This document shows positions 17,876 through 17,880 of a stretch of DNA of 17,880 nt, one piece after another. The stretch comes from a virus. Where the stretch lies: the IMG/VR virus record IMGVR_UViG_3300045988_078221. One strand, given 5' to 3'. Numbering within the stretch: position 1 is the first letter of the stretch; every line of letters begins with the position of its first letter. The notes below the pieces were generated by a model. The model was not told the origin of the DNA, did not search any database, and saw only the letters and a program-made list of their open reading frames with translations. The translations under genes were made by a program, and so were the position numbers.

Positions 17876-17880
17876 CCTAA

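Noticed and set aside
1-17880. Search for lysogeny, tRNA, CRISPR or defence-island content
   Set aside because: No ORF shows integrase/recombinase, repressor (HTH Cro/CI-like) or Cas-like motifs. There is no cloverleaf-like tRNA candidate and no spaced direct-repeat array. The window is a dense virulent-phage genome.

Overview
The window is one complete linear dsDNA genome, about 17.8 kb, of a phi29/Cp-1-type (Salasmaviridae-like, protein-primed) podophage. It still carries synthetic Illumina Nextera/Tn5 adapter sequence at both extremities (6-39 and 17842-17875). Inside the adapters lie ~226-bp inverted terminal repeats (40-265 / 17615-17841) that are ~80% G+T on the 5'-ending strand.

Nineteen genes run left to right on the + strand:
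- five small ORFan early genes;
- a p6-like / SSB-like pair;
- a basic candidate terminal protein and a compact protein-primed family-B DNA polymerase;
- scaffold, major capsid protein with C-terminal Ig-like domains, tail knob, portal (upper collar) and lower collar;
- a coiled-coil + SGNH-esterase appendage and a lysozyme-like + NlpC/P60 tail hydrolase;
- a gp16-type packaging ATPase, a holin and a signal-peptide GH25-LysM endolysin.

One small gene (17365-17550) reads inward from the right ITR and is separated from the endolysin by a perfect bidirectional terminator. I recognised no tRNA, rRNA, CRISPR array, integrase or repressor.

The most unexpected signal is three copies of the canonical bacterial centromere parS (TGTTTCACGTGAAACA, core GTTTCACGTGAAAC). 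They are embedded in coding sequence in two different reading phases (4224-4239 and 4833-4846 in the polymerase, 7871-7886 in the tail knob). This implies that the phage recruits or titrates host ParB.

Other notable points:
- extreme keto-skewed ITRs with phased T-tracts;
- mirrored promoter/RBS cassettes at both ends;
- a set of perfect extended -10 promoters found only on the + strand;
- a 180-nt structured non-coding spacer at the early/late boundary (late leader or pRNA candidate);
- a polymerase whose ExoI motif I cannot find.

All homology statements come from reading the translations and recalling phi29-family sequences and motifs. No search was run.
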